Below, piece by piece: positions 17,434 through 26,213 of a DNA stretch of 64,000 nucleotides. The position numbers were made by a program, and so were the translations under genes. The notes beneath the pieces are model-generated. The model saw only the letters and a list, made by a program, of their open reading frames with translations, searched no databases and was not told where the DNA came from. The first letter of the stretch is position 1; each line of letters starts with the position of its first letter. Origin of the DNA: an uncultured bacterium (GTDB taxonomy: Bacteria > Patescibacteriota > Doudnabacteria > UBA920). The DNA lies in NCBI GenBank assembly GCA_963749445.1, contig CAVVMJ010000004.1:93015-157014 (forward strand), read 5' to 3'.

Positions 17434-17531
17434 TTGATGGGCATCTTCGTGTTTCTACGACCGCTTACGATGGTTATCAGTTAACGATAAATTGAAGTTG
17501 GTGGTTGTTTTGGCAAGAAGATGCCCATCAA
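17434..17531. mobile_element. MITE-like 99-bp element, copy 1 (TIR TTGATGGGCATCTTCGTG)
   Basis: ttgatgggcatcttcgtg...cttgccaa motifs...aagatgcccatcaa; intergenic between SPFH gene and rplA leader. Confidence 0.85.
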
Positions 17532-17664
17532 CATAAAGTGTTAAATTATTTTAATTAATTTGTGGGACCTGTTTTAAGTGTAGCGCGCCGATTCATCGGC
17601 TGCAGCCCAATAAATTGGGCACACTACATAGCACGGGGCTTGCACCACGAAAGGAAAGTTTACG

Positions 17665-18345
17665 ATGAAAATCGCAAAAAGGGTCAAAGCCAACAATGAG
17701 TTGGTGGACAAGGAAAAGCTATACACGGCCGAAGAAGCCATTGAGCTGGCCAAAAAAACCGCGAATACCAAGTTTGTCGGGTCAATGGAAGTTCATGTCC
17801 GTTTGATGATCGATGCCAAAAAAACCGACCAGTCCATCCGCGGCATGGCAAACTTGCCGCACGGCACGGGCAAGAGCAAAAAAGTGGCGGCGTTTGTATC
17901 GGAAGCCAAGGAAAAGGAAGCCAAGGATGCCGGCGCCACTATAGTCGGGGGTGAGGAGCTAATCAAAAAAATCAAGGAATCGGAAAAGACGGACTTTGAT
18001 ATTGCCGTAGCAGAACCCTCTATAATGCCAAAATTGGCCCAAATCGCCAAGATTTTAGGACCCCGCGGCCTTATGCCCAACCCTAAAACCGGCACTGTCT
18101 CAGCCGATATTGGCAAGGTTATCCGCGAAATCGCGGGCGGTAAGGTGGATTTTAAGAACGATGACAGCGGCAATATCCACCAAATCATCGGCAAGAGCAA
18201 TTTTGACTCGGCCAAGCTTTTGGAGAATTTCCAGGCGTTCATCAAGGCCGTGCAATCGGCCAAGCCCGCGGCGGTTAAAGGGCAGTATATTGCTTCCGTG
18301 TCGCTAAATGCCACGATGGGACCGGGGATAAAAATAAAGATTTAA
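17665..18345 (+). CDS. rplA: 50S ribosomal protein L1
   Basis: MKIAKRVKANNELVDKEKLYTAEEAIELAKK...HGTGKSKKVAAF... Confidence 0.95.
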   Translation: MKIAKRVKANNELVDKEKLYTAEEAIELAKKTANTKFVGSMEVHVRLMIDAKKTDQSIRGMANLPHGTGKSKKVAAFVSEAKEKEAKDAGATIVGGEELIKKIKESEKTDFDIAVAEPSIMPKLAQIAKILGPRGLMPNPKTGTVSADIGKVIREIAGGKVDFKNDDSGNIHQIIGKSNFDSAKLLENFQAFIKAVQSAKPAAVKGQYIASVSLNATMGPGIKIKI

Positions 18346-18432
18346 AAGATTGACATGATTGAACAAGATTGACAAGAATGGTATGCTAATCTTGTCAATC
18401 TTTTAATTCATTTAAATCTTGTCAATTTCTTC

Positions 18433-18867
18433 ATGTACGACGATTCAAGCAAAAAAATTTTGGTGATTGAGGACGATTTGGACTACCGCAAATCCCTATA
18501 TGATTTGCTCGGCCACGAATTCAGTTTTATTGCGGCCGATGACGGCGAGCAGGGGATAGAGCGTCTGTTGGTGCACCGGCCGGATTTGGTAATTTTGGAT
18601 TTGTTGTTGCCCAAAATTGACGGCTTTGAAATTTTAAAAAGGATCCGCGAATACCCGGACGAAGGCATTAAAAAAACTCCGGTCATCGTATTAAGCAATT
18701 TGGCGGGTAACGAAGATTTTGTCAAGGCGCAGAATTGGAAAGTGGAGGCTTATTTTGTCAAATCCCATACCGAACTGGCTGAAGTCAAAGCAAAAGTCAA
18801 AGAGGTGGTCTATCAGGGCACCGGCGGTCCCAAAGAAGAGGTCATGGATTTTCGGGATATAGCGTGA
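18433..18867 (+). CDS. stand-alone response-regulator receiver domain protein (paralog 2 of 3)
   Basis: KILVIEDD..DLVILD..PVIVLSNL..YFVK. Confidence 0.85.
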   Translation: MYDDSSKKILVIEDDLDYRKSLYDLLGHEFSFIAADDGEQGIERLLVHRPDLVILDLLLPKIDGFEILKRIREYPDEGIKKTPVIVLSNLAGNEDFVKAQNWKVEAYFVKSHTELAEVKAKVKEVVYQGTGGPKEEVMDFRDIA

Positions 18868-18962
18868 GCGGAGCGAACAACAATATTTTTCTCCCCCTCT
18901 GGGGGAGATGGCCGCAGGCCAGAGAGGGTGTTTCTGGCAGGGGGGTTAAAAGTTTAAAAAAT

Positions 18963-18990
18963 GGCGGCCTTCGGCCGCCGTTTTGTTTTA
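18963..18990 (+). terminator. rho-independent terminator after receiver gene
   Basis: ggcggccttcggccgcc followed by gttttgtttt. Confidence 0.6.
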
Positions 18991-19194
18991 TTATTAATTT
19001 TTTGACGGCCGTCAAAAAATTAATAATTTGATTTACGTCTGCAAAAATTGATAGGTTATTTTTTTATTGGAGAAAGGATGGCAAAAAAGTTATCAAATTT
19101 TGAGGGGTGGAGGTGGGGGAGTTGACAGCGCAACTTCCCCCACCGTGTCGGCGATCGGCCGCGCGGGTGCGCGACGGATGCCGAAAATTACGCG

Positions 19195-19422
19195 CTAGTG
19201 AGGGATCGCGGGCTCAGAGGCGCTGTCCCTTAGCAGTGTGGCGACCTCACCGTTTTCGGGACGAAGTCCCTTGAAGCGTCTCCCGTCATCGTGCCGAACC
19301 TCCAAGTAGTAAGAGGGGCTCGACGCAAGGGGTCCCGTGAAGCTAAGGATGGTCACTCCGTCGACCCTAATCCCGACCCTGATTTCGGGAATTCTGACCG
19401 TAAGTGTTTCCTGCACGTACAT
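19195..19422 (-). CDS. small hypothetical protein in a GC-rich island (start MYVQETL with SD caggaggg)
   Basis: strong SD 5 nt before ATG; composition visibly more GC-rich than surrounding genome; no recognisable motifs. Confidence 0.3.
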   Translation of the reverse strand: MYVQETLTVRIPEIRVGIRVDGVTILSFTGPLASSPSYYLEVRHDDGRRFKGLRPENGEVATLLRDSASEPAIPH

Positions 19423-19510
19423 TGTGCCCTCCTGGGCGTTATGAAATTCGGCCGCAACTTCCGGCCGCAAAGATAATAATTACATAAACTATCATCTTTT
19501 CGACCACAAG

Positions 19511-19546
19511 ACAAAATCAAAAACCCCGGGCCGCGAGGCCCGGGGT
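19511..19546 (-). terminator. rho-independent terminator (minus strand)
   Basis: ccccgggcctcgcggcccgggg stem followed on minus strand by tttttgatttt. Confidence 0.6.
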
Positions 19547-19742
19547 TTGGAGTTTGAATCAACTTATATCAAAACTCTTCCCATGCCAAGCGGCGCCGGA
19601 GTAATAATAATGATTATGCTGTTGGAAGAATGTATTCTGCGCATTTGTGGTATTATAGCAGGGCAAAAATTTTTGTCAAATGAAGAAGCGGGCCAATGCT
19701 TCTTCTCCGTTGAAGCCTGGCCCGCCGTCGCTTTCCCTCCGG

Positions 19743-19946
19743 CTATCCACTACCCCCTTCTTGTTTTGGAATCATAACCGAATATTCTTCGACGCTGACA
19801 CGTTCATGCCCATCGGGCGTCTTGTTTATACGACGGTATATCAACGTCGTATGTGTTGCAGAGTTTCCAATTTGGAAAACCCTGCCTTTTGTCCCGTCGG
19901 GTAATTTCACCTCGACGATTCTTTTTCCGTCTCGGATGAGTTTCAT
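19743..19946 (-). CDS. small hypothetical protein (start MKLIRDGK, SD ggaggg)
   Basis: 67 aa, SD 6 nt upstream of ATG; terminator downstream. Confidence 0.35.
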   Translation of the reverse strand: MKLIRDGKRIVEVKLPDGTKGRVFQIGNSATHTTLIYRRINKTPDGHERVSVEEYSVMIPKQEGGSG

Positions 19947-20215
19947 TTTACCCTCCGAATTGGCCGTAAAAATTATGGCTAATTCGCAAGGTAAAACAAA
20001 AACCACCCATTGCGGTGGTGTGAGCAAAATGTAAGTTTTTTGTACTTTTTACATCTTGTTTATCCCAACCGCAAAGGCGACCATCTTAGTGGTCTTGGTC
20101 TTCTTGGTTGTGGCAAAAGCAAAATGCATATATTAAAATTTTATCAGCAGATTGTAATTTTGTCAAATGGGGACAAATGTAGTAGAATATCTTTGTGTCA
20201 ATTGTTAATCGTTAA

Positions 20216-20803
20216 TTGTCAATTGTTATGATATTATCAGACCGCGACATCAAAAAAGCCATTAAAGCCGGGCGCGTACAAATTACGCCAAAGCCTGATT
20301 TTAAGGTCCAGTTGGGACCCTGTTCCATTGACCTTCATTTAGGCGACAGGTTCGCGGTGTTTAAGCATTCCAGCAAAGCGTACGTGGATTTGAACAACCC
20401 GCTGACAATTAACAGCATCATGAGCGAAATCGTGGTGCCCAAGGGCGAGGCTTTTATAATGCAGCCCGGGGATTTTGCTTTGGCCACCACGGTGGAGAAT
20501 TTAAAGTTGGCAGATGACATAGTGGGTAAAATTGAGGGACGCAGTAGCCTTGGCCGGTTGGGGATAATTGTGCACGGCACGGCTTCCATATTTGATCCGG
20601 GATGGGACGGCAAGCCCACAATGGAGCTCGGCAATTTGGGCGTGATGCCCGTGGCTTTGTATCCGGGAATGCGCGTCTGCGCCTTTACTTTTGAGGAACT
20701 TTCGAGTCCCGCGGAAAACCCGTTTAATAAAAACCGGGCGCACAATATCTACAACAAACAAAAAGACGCCAGGCCGAAGATTACCAAGCGGACAATATTC
20801 TAA
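20216..20803 (+). CDS. dcd: dCTP deaminase
   Basis: MILSDRDIKKAI..GPCSIDLHLG...EGRSSLGRLGI.. typical Dcd/dUTPase-fold motifs. Confidence 0.9.
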   Translation: MSIVMILSDRDIKKAIKAGRVQITPKPDFKVQLGPCSIDLHLGDRFAVFKHSSKAYVDLNNPLTINSIMSEIVVPKGEAFIMQPGDFALATTVENLKLADDIVGKIEGRSSLGRLGIIVHGTASIFDPGWDGKPTMELGNLGVMPVALYPGMRVCAFTFEELSSPAENPFNKNRAHNIYNKQKDARPKITKRTIF

Positions 20804-20839
20804 TGCCGTTGATTAGTCACTGACGGGTCTGAAAATTTG

Positions 20840-20938
20840 TTGATGGGCATCTTCGTGGTTCCATAAACGCTAACTGATGATTATCGGCTAACTATAAATA
20901 ACGGCCGAAGATTGTTTTGGCAAGGAGATGCCCATCAA
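20840..20938. mobile_element. MITE-like 99-bp element, copy 2
   Basis: ttgatgggcatcttcgtggttccataaacg...ggcaaggagatgcccatcaa. Confidence 0.85.
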
Positions 20939-20970
20939 TCTTAAAACGTACGTCCTTCGTAAATATTTGG

Positions 20971-21456
20971 TTATCTTTCTAACTCCAAAAATGTGTATTT
21001 CAAGCCCTCATATTTGCCTTCCTGCCGGAAGGTGATTTTTTTGAATTGGTCAAGATAAGGCGGGAAAAAAGTGTCGGCCTCGTATTCTTTATCCACAAGC
21101 GTGATGTAAAGTTTGTCCGCGCGCGGCAAAAATTGGGCGTAGATGGAGCCGCCGCCGATAATGAATATCTCATCCGGTTCATTTTTTTTGGCCTCAATAA
21201 TCGCCTCATCCAAAGAATGAACCACAGTGCATCCATCGGCTTTGTAGTTTGCGTCTTTCGCGATAACAATATTGGTACGGTGGGGGAGCGGACGGCCCAA
21301 AGATTCAAAGGTTTTACTGCCCATAATAATGGCGTGGCCGTTCGTCAGCTCCTTAAAGCGTTTTAAATCTTCGGGAATATGCCAGAGCAACCGGTTATTT
21401 TTGCCGATGGCCAAATTTTTCGCCACCGCCCCGATCATGCTGATTTTTGGTTGCAT
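20971..21456 (-). CDS. folA: dihydrofolate reductase
   Basis: ISMIGAVAKNLAIGKNNRLLWHIPEDLKRFKELT..IIMGSKTFESLGRPLP.R.NIV. Confidence 0.9.
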   Translation of the reverse strand: MQPKISMIGAVAKNLAIGKNNRLLWHIPEDLKRFKELTNGHAIIMGSKTFESLGRPLPHRTNIVIAKDANYKADGCTVVHSLDEAIIEAKKNEPDEIFIIGGGSIYAQFLPRADKLYITLVDKEYEADTFFPPYLDQFKKITFRQEGKYEGLKYTFLELER

Positions 21457-21502
21457 TATTTTTTCTTGTCTAATATCATTTCCGGCCGGAAATGATATTA
21501 GA

Positions 21503-21928
21503 CTAAATAATTCCCGCTAATTTTTTTTCCACGGCATCCATAACTTCGTCCATGGATTGATAGCGGATCAGACTAAATAACGGGCTGTTAATACCCAAAA
21601 CAAAGCGGCTGACATTGGCGCTTTTATGCGCCACGCCCAAAACCGGTCGGTGGCTGTTTAAAGCAGTGGCAATTTCAAAGCCCAGGCCGATGGAAGGGTG
21701 GCTGCAATCCGCGACCATCAAATCGCAGTTTTTTGCTCCGGCGGAGTTATGCTCAAACACATCTTGGTTAGTGCCGTTTTCCGGTTCCCGAAAATCTATA
21801 ATCGAATATTTTTGCCCAAGAGTCTTTTTTAGCTTTTCGATTTCGTCCTTGTATTCCTGCGGCGCATGGGTGAGCCCGCAGCCGACGTATATTGTTTTTC
21901 CGCCTTTGGCGGGCGTAATCTTAGTCAT
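21503..21928 (-). CDS. nucleoside 2-deoxyribosyltransferase-like (Rossmann) protein
   Basis: IYVGCGLTHAP...DLMVADCSHPSIGLGFEIA pattern resembling NDT/flavodoxin-like nucleoside-processing family. Confidence 0.4.
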   Translation of the reverse strand: MTKITPAKGGKTIYVGCGLTHAPQEYKDEIEKLKKTLGQKYSIIDFREPENGTNQDVFEHNSAGAKNCDLMVADCSHPSIGLGFEIATALNSHRPVLGVAHKSANVSRFVLGINSPLFSLIRYQSMDEVMDAVEKKLAGII

Positions 21929-21961
21929 GGTTGATGGTTAATTTTTAGGTTGTGATTTGAG

Positions 21962-22060
21962 TTGATGGGCACCTTCGCTGTTCCACAATCGCTGATTGAT
22001 TGTTGTCGGATAGTGTAGGATTGAGATCGAAGATTGTGTTGGCAAGAAGGTGCCCATCAA
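21962..22060. mobile_element. MITE-like 99-bp element, copy 3 (slightly diverged TIRs)
   Basis: ttgatgggcaccttcgctgttccacaatcg...ggcaagaaggtgcccatcaa. Confidence 0.8.
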
Positions 22061-22066
22061 TCTTGA

Positions 22067-22399
22067 TTAATTAATAATCGTATGCTTGGGCAAAGCGGCC
22101 AAAACGGCAAAAATAATCAGCGTAAAAATTAGCAGCCAGCCTAAGGTGCAAAGGAAAAGTTTGATGCCTTCGGATTTTTTGCCATCCATATACCAAAGCA
22201 CGGGACGGCCTAAAACTAAGGAGCCGACTATGGCGGCGGACAGGACAAACAATGAAAGTATGGCAACGCCGGCGACAATCCCGTTGCCCGGCCCGAACCA
22301 GCGGTTTCCGTTGTTCATTATTAGGGCGACAAGGGCAATGTATGCTACGGTCCCTAAAGCGTGCAAAAATCCAAGAAGAGCGAGTTTTTTATTAGTCAT
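22067..22399 (-). CDS. hypothetical small membrane protein
   Basis: three predicted TM helices. Confidence 0.4.
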   Translation of the reverse strand: MTNKKLALLGFLHALGTVAYIALVALIMNNGNRWFGPGNGIVAGVAILSLFVLSAAIVGSLVLGRPVLWYMDGKKSEGIKLFLCTLGWLLIFTLIIFAVLAALPKHTIIN

Positions 22400-22461
22400 G
22401 ATTTTAGGATTATTTGATCAGTTTTGGTCAAATCCTACTATCCACTGTAAGATGATAGAAT

Positions 22462-22899
22462 TCAGCCTAAATTAATTTGCTTGATGAATGCCAGTGCGGA
22501 CATAATGGCGTTTTTGACATTGGGGAGGAGGTTTAAATTGTCTAATTTATTCAGATCCACCCATTCTGGCGTTGTTTCATTTTTTGCAGTAAGAGTGCCG
22601 GAATATTTGGAACACAAAAAGATTTCCATGGAAGCAAGCTTGGTTCCGTTCTTGAAAGTGATTACCGCTTCGTAATAGTTATTTGGGAATGGATGTAAAT
22701 CTTCCGTAGTCGTAAGTAATCCTGTCTCTTCCTTAAGCTCTCTAACGGCGGCATCAATAGCTTTTTCTCCGGGTTCCAGCCTGCCGCAGGGCAAGCCGTA
22801 AGTGTCATTTAGGTGTTCCGCTTCTTGCCCGTGTTTGACCAATAATACTTCGCTGTTTTTAAAGATTATCACCCCGGCTCCAATTTTTTCGGGTTTCAT
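22462..22899 (-). CDS. NUDIX hydrolase (start MKPEKIG; ORF-track N-term overlaps thyA)
   Basis: Nudix box GRLEPGEKAIDAAVRELKEETGL. Confidence 0.8.
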   Translation of the reverse strand: MKPEKIGAGVIIFKNSEVLLVKHGQEAEHLNDTYGLPCGRLEPGEKAIDAAVRELKEETGLLTTTEDLHPFPNNYYEAVITFKNGTKLASMEIFLCSKYSGTLTAKNETTPEWVDLNKLDNLNLLPNVKNAIMSALAFIKQINLG

Positions 22900-22948
22900 A
22901 TGTTTGCAATCTCCCATACTCCAGCGTATGGGAGATACGGAAAAATTG

Positions 22949-23941
22949 TTAGGATTTTTTTTGCACGAATTTTTTCCAGGAATCGGTGGCAAGCCCGCCG
23001 GTCGGGGAGAGTTCGGCTTTAATCGGCGGGTGCGCGTCATAGCCTTCAATTCTGGCGTGTTCGGGCTTGAAGTCGTCAATTTCCTTAACGGAAGGGTCAA
23101 GGATTAATTTTGGGAAAGCCTTGGGTTCGCGTTTAAGTTGTTCCTTAACAGCGTCAAAATGGTTTTCGTAAATATGGGCGTCGCCGAAAGTATGGATAAA
23201 CTCGCCGGGTTTATTGCCGGTAACCTGGGCCAAAATTACGGCTAAGAGCGCATAGCTGGCAATGTTAAACGGCACGCCCAAAAACATATCGGCGGTGCGC
23301 TGGTAGAGCTGCAGGCTAAGTTTGCCGTTTTTGACATTACATTGCCACATATTGTGGCAAATGGGGAACCGGCACGCTTCTTCGGGCAGGGCCATTTTAT
23401 ATAAATACTCGGGATTCCAGACGCTGACTAAGGTATTGTGCGCATCGGGATCATCACGCAGTTCGTTGACGAGCCACTGGACCTGATCCACCGTGCGCCC
23501 GTTTTTCCCCGGCCACCTGCGCCACATTTCTCCGTAAATATGCTTGAGCTCGCCGTGCTGTTTGGCAAATTCCGCATCCGCGGCAATCTTGGCTATAAAT
23601 TTATCCTTGGTCATTTCGGGCTCCTGTCCTTTTTCCATTTTTTCCCGATAGATTTTGTAAGGATAGTCATCCCAAATATGGACCCCGTTGTCAACCAAAT
23701 ATTTGATATTAGACTGGCCGGACAGAAACCAAAAGAGTTCTTGCAAAACGCCTTTCCAAAAAACTTTTTTTGTCGTCAATAGCGGGAAGCTTTCACTTAA
23801 GTCAAACCTAATCTGCTGGCCGAAAATACTGTAGGTAATAACCCCAGTGCCTTTGTCGGTTTGCTTAACGCCATTGTCTAAAATGTCTTGCAGAAGATTA
23901 AGGTATTGGTATTCGGGATGTTTGTCTTTCATAAATCTCAA
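22949..23941 (-). CDS. thyA: thymidylate synthase (ThyA family, long form with insert; dUMP-specific Asn retained)
   Basis: ..FPLLTTKKVFWKGVLQELFWFLSGQSN..PICHNMWQ (catalytic Cys)..LQLYQRTADMFLGVPFNIASYALL. Confidence 0.85.
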   Translation of the reverse strand: MRFMKDKHPEYQYLNLLQDILDNGVKQTDKGTGVITYSIFGQQIRFDLSESFPLLTTKKVFWKGVLQELFWFLSGQSNIKYLVDNGVHIWDDYPYKIYREKMEKGQEPEMTKDKFIAKIAADAEFAKQHGELKHIYGEMWRRWPGKNGRTVDQVQWLVNELRDDPDAHNTLVSVWNPEYLYKMALPEEACRFPICHNMWQCNVKNGKLSLQLYQRTADMFLGVPFNIASYALLAVILAQVTGNKPGEFIHTFGDAHIYENHFDAVKEQLKREPKAFPKLILDPSVKEIDDFKPEHARIEGYDAHPPIKAELSPTGGLATDSWKKFVQKKS

Positions 23942-23972
23942 ATTAGTTTAAATAGGTAAATTAAGGATAATT

Positions 23973-24109
23973 GCGGAGCCTCTCCTCCTATTTATAGGAG
24001 GAGTACCCTGCGTCAGCAGGGGGAGGTGGTATTAATACTTGCCGATTAGTACCACCTCGTCCCGCTTCGCGGGACACCCCTCCTATGCAAGGAGGGGAAT
24101 GCTCCGCGG
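23973..24109. repeat. RPE-like modular palindromic element, intergenic copy (modules in swapped order)
   Basis: gcggagcctctcctcctatttataggaggagtac...gtcccgcttcgcgggacacccctcctatgcaaggaggggaatgctccgcgg. Confidence 0.8.
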
Positions 24110-24136
24110 TTATTCTTAATAAAAAAGTACGGTCTT

Positions 24137-24820
24137 TTATTCAATGTTAAATATTTTCTCTGTGCCGTAGTAATCCTGCCAATTTTTGTTGTAATAGTCA
24201 AACATCCGCGCTAACCTATCCTGAGGCAATTCATCGAGGTTTAGCTCTTCCATCAGCCGACGCAATAGAGCCTTGGTTTCGTCAGCTTTATTTTTATCAT
24301 CTACCACCATTTCAAATTCCGACAAGTAGCCGTAGCCCGCGTTTTTGTCGATACTCACATTGGCGTTTTTATACTTGAACTCCTGCCGTTCCCGAGACCA
24401 TTTGGCTTGGTATTTGAATCCCGATTTCAGAACTAGCTTATCTAATTCTTCGATTGAGATGTTGGCTTTTGATTCCCATTCTAGGCGCGCGGTGCCGTTG
24501 GAACTTGTTGTATCGTCGACGGACGCTTTAATTACAAGTATGACTTTCCCATCAGCCCATCTCGTTCGCACGGAAAAATCCTTAGCTTTGTCCGCGAGTT
24601 CCTTGAATTTTGTCAGCTGATCTTTTTCAACGACATCTTTGGTATTTTCATAAAGCCGGTTTAAATTCCCGTCAACAAAATAATGGTTCAGCTGTTTATG
24701 CGAGCCGATTTCCACTAGTTTTGGGTCTGCCGCGCGCATTTTTCGCCTTAACTCATCGGTCTTTTCCTTACCCCCGAGCAAGCTCTTTATCTCAATTTCA
24801 AAATTATGATTTGTACTCAT
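24137..24820 (-). CDS. CYTH-domain protein (triphosphate tunnel metalloenzyme family)
   Basis: N-terminal EIEIKSLL (ExExK signature). Confidence 0.7.
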   Translation of the reverse strand: MSTNHNFEIEIKSLLGGKEKTDELRRKMRAADPKLVEIGSHKQLNHYFVDGNLNRLYENTKDVVEKDQLTKFKELADKAKDFSVRTRWADGKVILVIKASVDDTTSSNGTARLEWESKANISIEELDKLVLKSGFKYQAKWSRERQEFKYKNANVSIDKNAGYGYLSEFEMVVDDKNKADETKALLRRLMEELNLDELPQDRLARMFDYYNKNWQDYYGTEKIFNIE

Positions 24821-24843
24821 TTATTTTTGTCAATTTTGTTCAA

Positions 24844-25452
24844 TTATGTCAATTTTGTCATTTTTTTTAAATCTCCCTCTACAAACCGGTTGCGGGCAAA
24901 GCGGTACCAGTCAACGGGATCGGATTTTTTTATGGCTTTCCAGAGTTTTTTGGCCGATTTGGTATAAAACCGCGAATAAATGATTTTGCGGTTGTCGTCC
25001 CATGCCTTCATGTGCAGTTTGCCCGCGGCTTTTTGTTCCTGGATTTCAAAATCCACGTCCAGCCAGTCTGCGTCTTTGACAATTTTTGCTTCAATAGTTT
25101 TGCGTTCCTCGTATTCGCGCCACAGGGAAACCATTTCTTTTTCCAGCAAAGTGTTTTTAAAAATATCCTTGATTGCCTTTAGCTCATCGCGTTTGGTGTA
25201 TTGCCTGGAAATGTAATGCACGTCGCCGGTACGGCTTTCGGCTACGTCGTGGACCAACGCCATCTTCATTATTTTTGCCGTATTGCCTTTGCCCTCCATC
25301 TTATTTAAAATCAAGGCAATCCAAACTACCCGAAAATGATGGTCGGCCAAATTGGCAAAATCCGGCCCCAAAAACTGTTTCCAGGCGCGCTGGATAAAGC
25401 GCAAACAGCCGAGTTCGTATAAAAGTTCCAGGTCACGGTTATTTTTTGGCAT
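24844..25452 (-). CDS. HD-domain phosphohydrolase (YfbR-like 5'-deoxynucleotidase family)
   Basis: HFRVVWIAL...ALVHDVAESRTGD HD motif. Confidence 0.75.
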   Translation of the reverse strand: MPKNNRDLELLYELGCLRFIQRAWKQFLGPDFANLADHHFRVVWIALILNKMEGKGNTAKIMKMALVHDVAESRTGDVHYISRQYTKRDELKAIKDIFKNTLLEKEMVSLWREYEERKTIEAKIVKDADWLDVDFEIQEQKAAGKLHMKAWDDNRKIIYSRFYTKSAKKLWKAIKKSDPVDWYRFARNRFVEGDLKKMTKLT

Positions 25453-25500
25453 GTTTTGATTATAGCAAAATAAACCCCAAAATGCTATAATTTTAAGGCT

Positions 25501-26064
25501 ATGAAAAGCCCTCAAAAACAAGAGAAAATGATTATCGGCCTGGTCGGGGAAAAGCTGGCTGGCAAGGATACCTTGGCCAATTTTTTAGTGCAAAAATACG
25601 GGGCGTACCACGCGCGGTTTACCCATTTATTGGACGAGATTTTGAATATTTTGGATTTGCCGATTTCCCGCCGCAACGAAATAGATTTAGGCCTTGACCT
25701 GCGTAAAATTTTCGGCGAACGGGTTTTGGGCACAGCGCTTATCGGCCGTGTCCAAAAATCCAACGCGCCTATGGCGGTTATAAACGGTATTAGAATGGAC
25801 GAGATGGAAGTAGTCAAAAAAATCGGTGCGACAATTATTTACGTGACCGCTTCGCCGCAAATCCGCTATGAGCGTTATATGCAGCGGCACGAAAAAGTTG
25901 ATGACGGCAAAATGACTTTTGTAGAATTTTTGGAGCAGGAAAAAGAGCGAACCGAAATCGGCATTCCGGAACTGGGCGCTACGGCGGATTTTAAGATTGT
26001 GAATGAGGGGAGCGTGGAGGAGTTATATAAGCGAGTCGAAGAAATTCTAGAAAAGTTGACCTAA
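25501..26064 (+). CDS. deoxynucleoside monophosphate kinase-like P-loop kinase (T4 gp1-like pattern)
   Basis: IIGLVGEKLAGKDTLANFL resembles the G.K.SGKDT.A.F N-terminus of phage dNMP kinases. Confidence 0.5.
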   Translation: MKSPQKQEKMIIGLVGEKLAGKDTLANFLVQKYGAYHARFTHLLDEILNILDLPISRRNEIDLGLDLRKIFGERVLGTALIGRVQKSNAPMAVINGIRMDEMEVVKKIGATIIYVTASPQIRYERYMQRHEKVDDGKMTFVEFLEQEKERTEIGIPELGATADFKIVNEGSVEELYKRVEEILEKLT

Positions 26065-26213
26065 ATTGTCGTTAATCGGTGTACGGCGGCGCTGCGGGTA
26101 TCGGTAAGCGTCAAGCGGTTTACGGCCGCAAGCCGTGTGCCACCGGACGATACGCGCGGCGCTGACGATAAACGAATTACGATTCGGGTATTGGAATTTA
26201 TTTAGAATAATTT

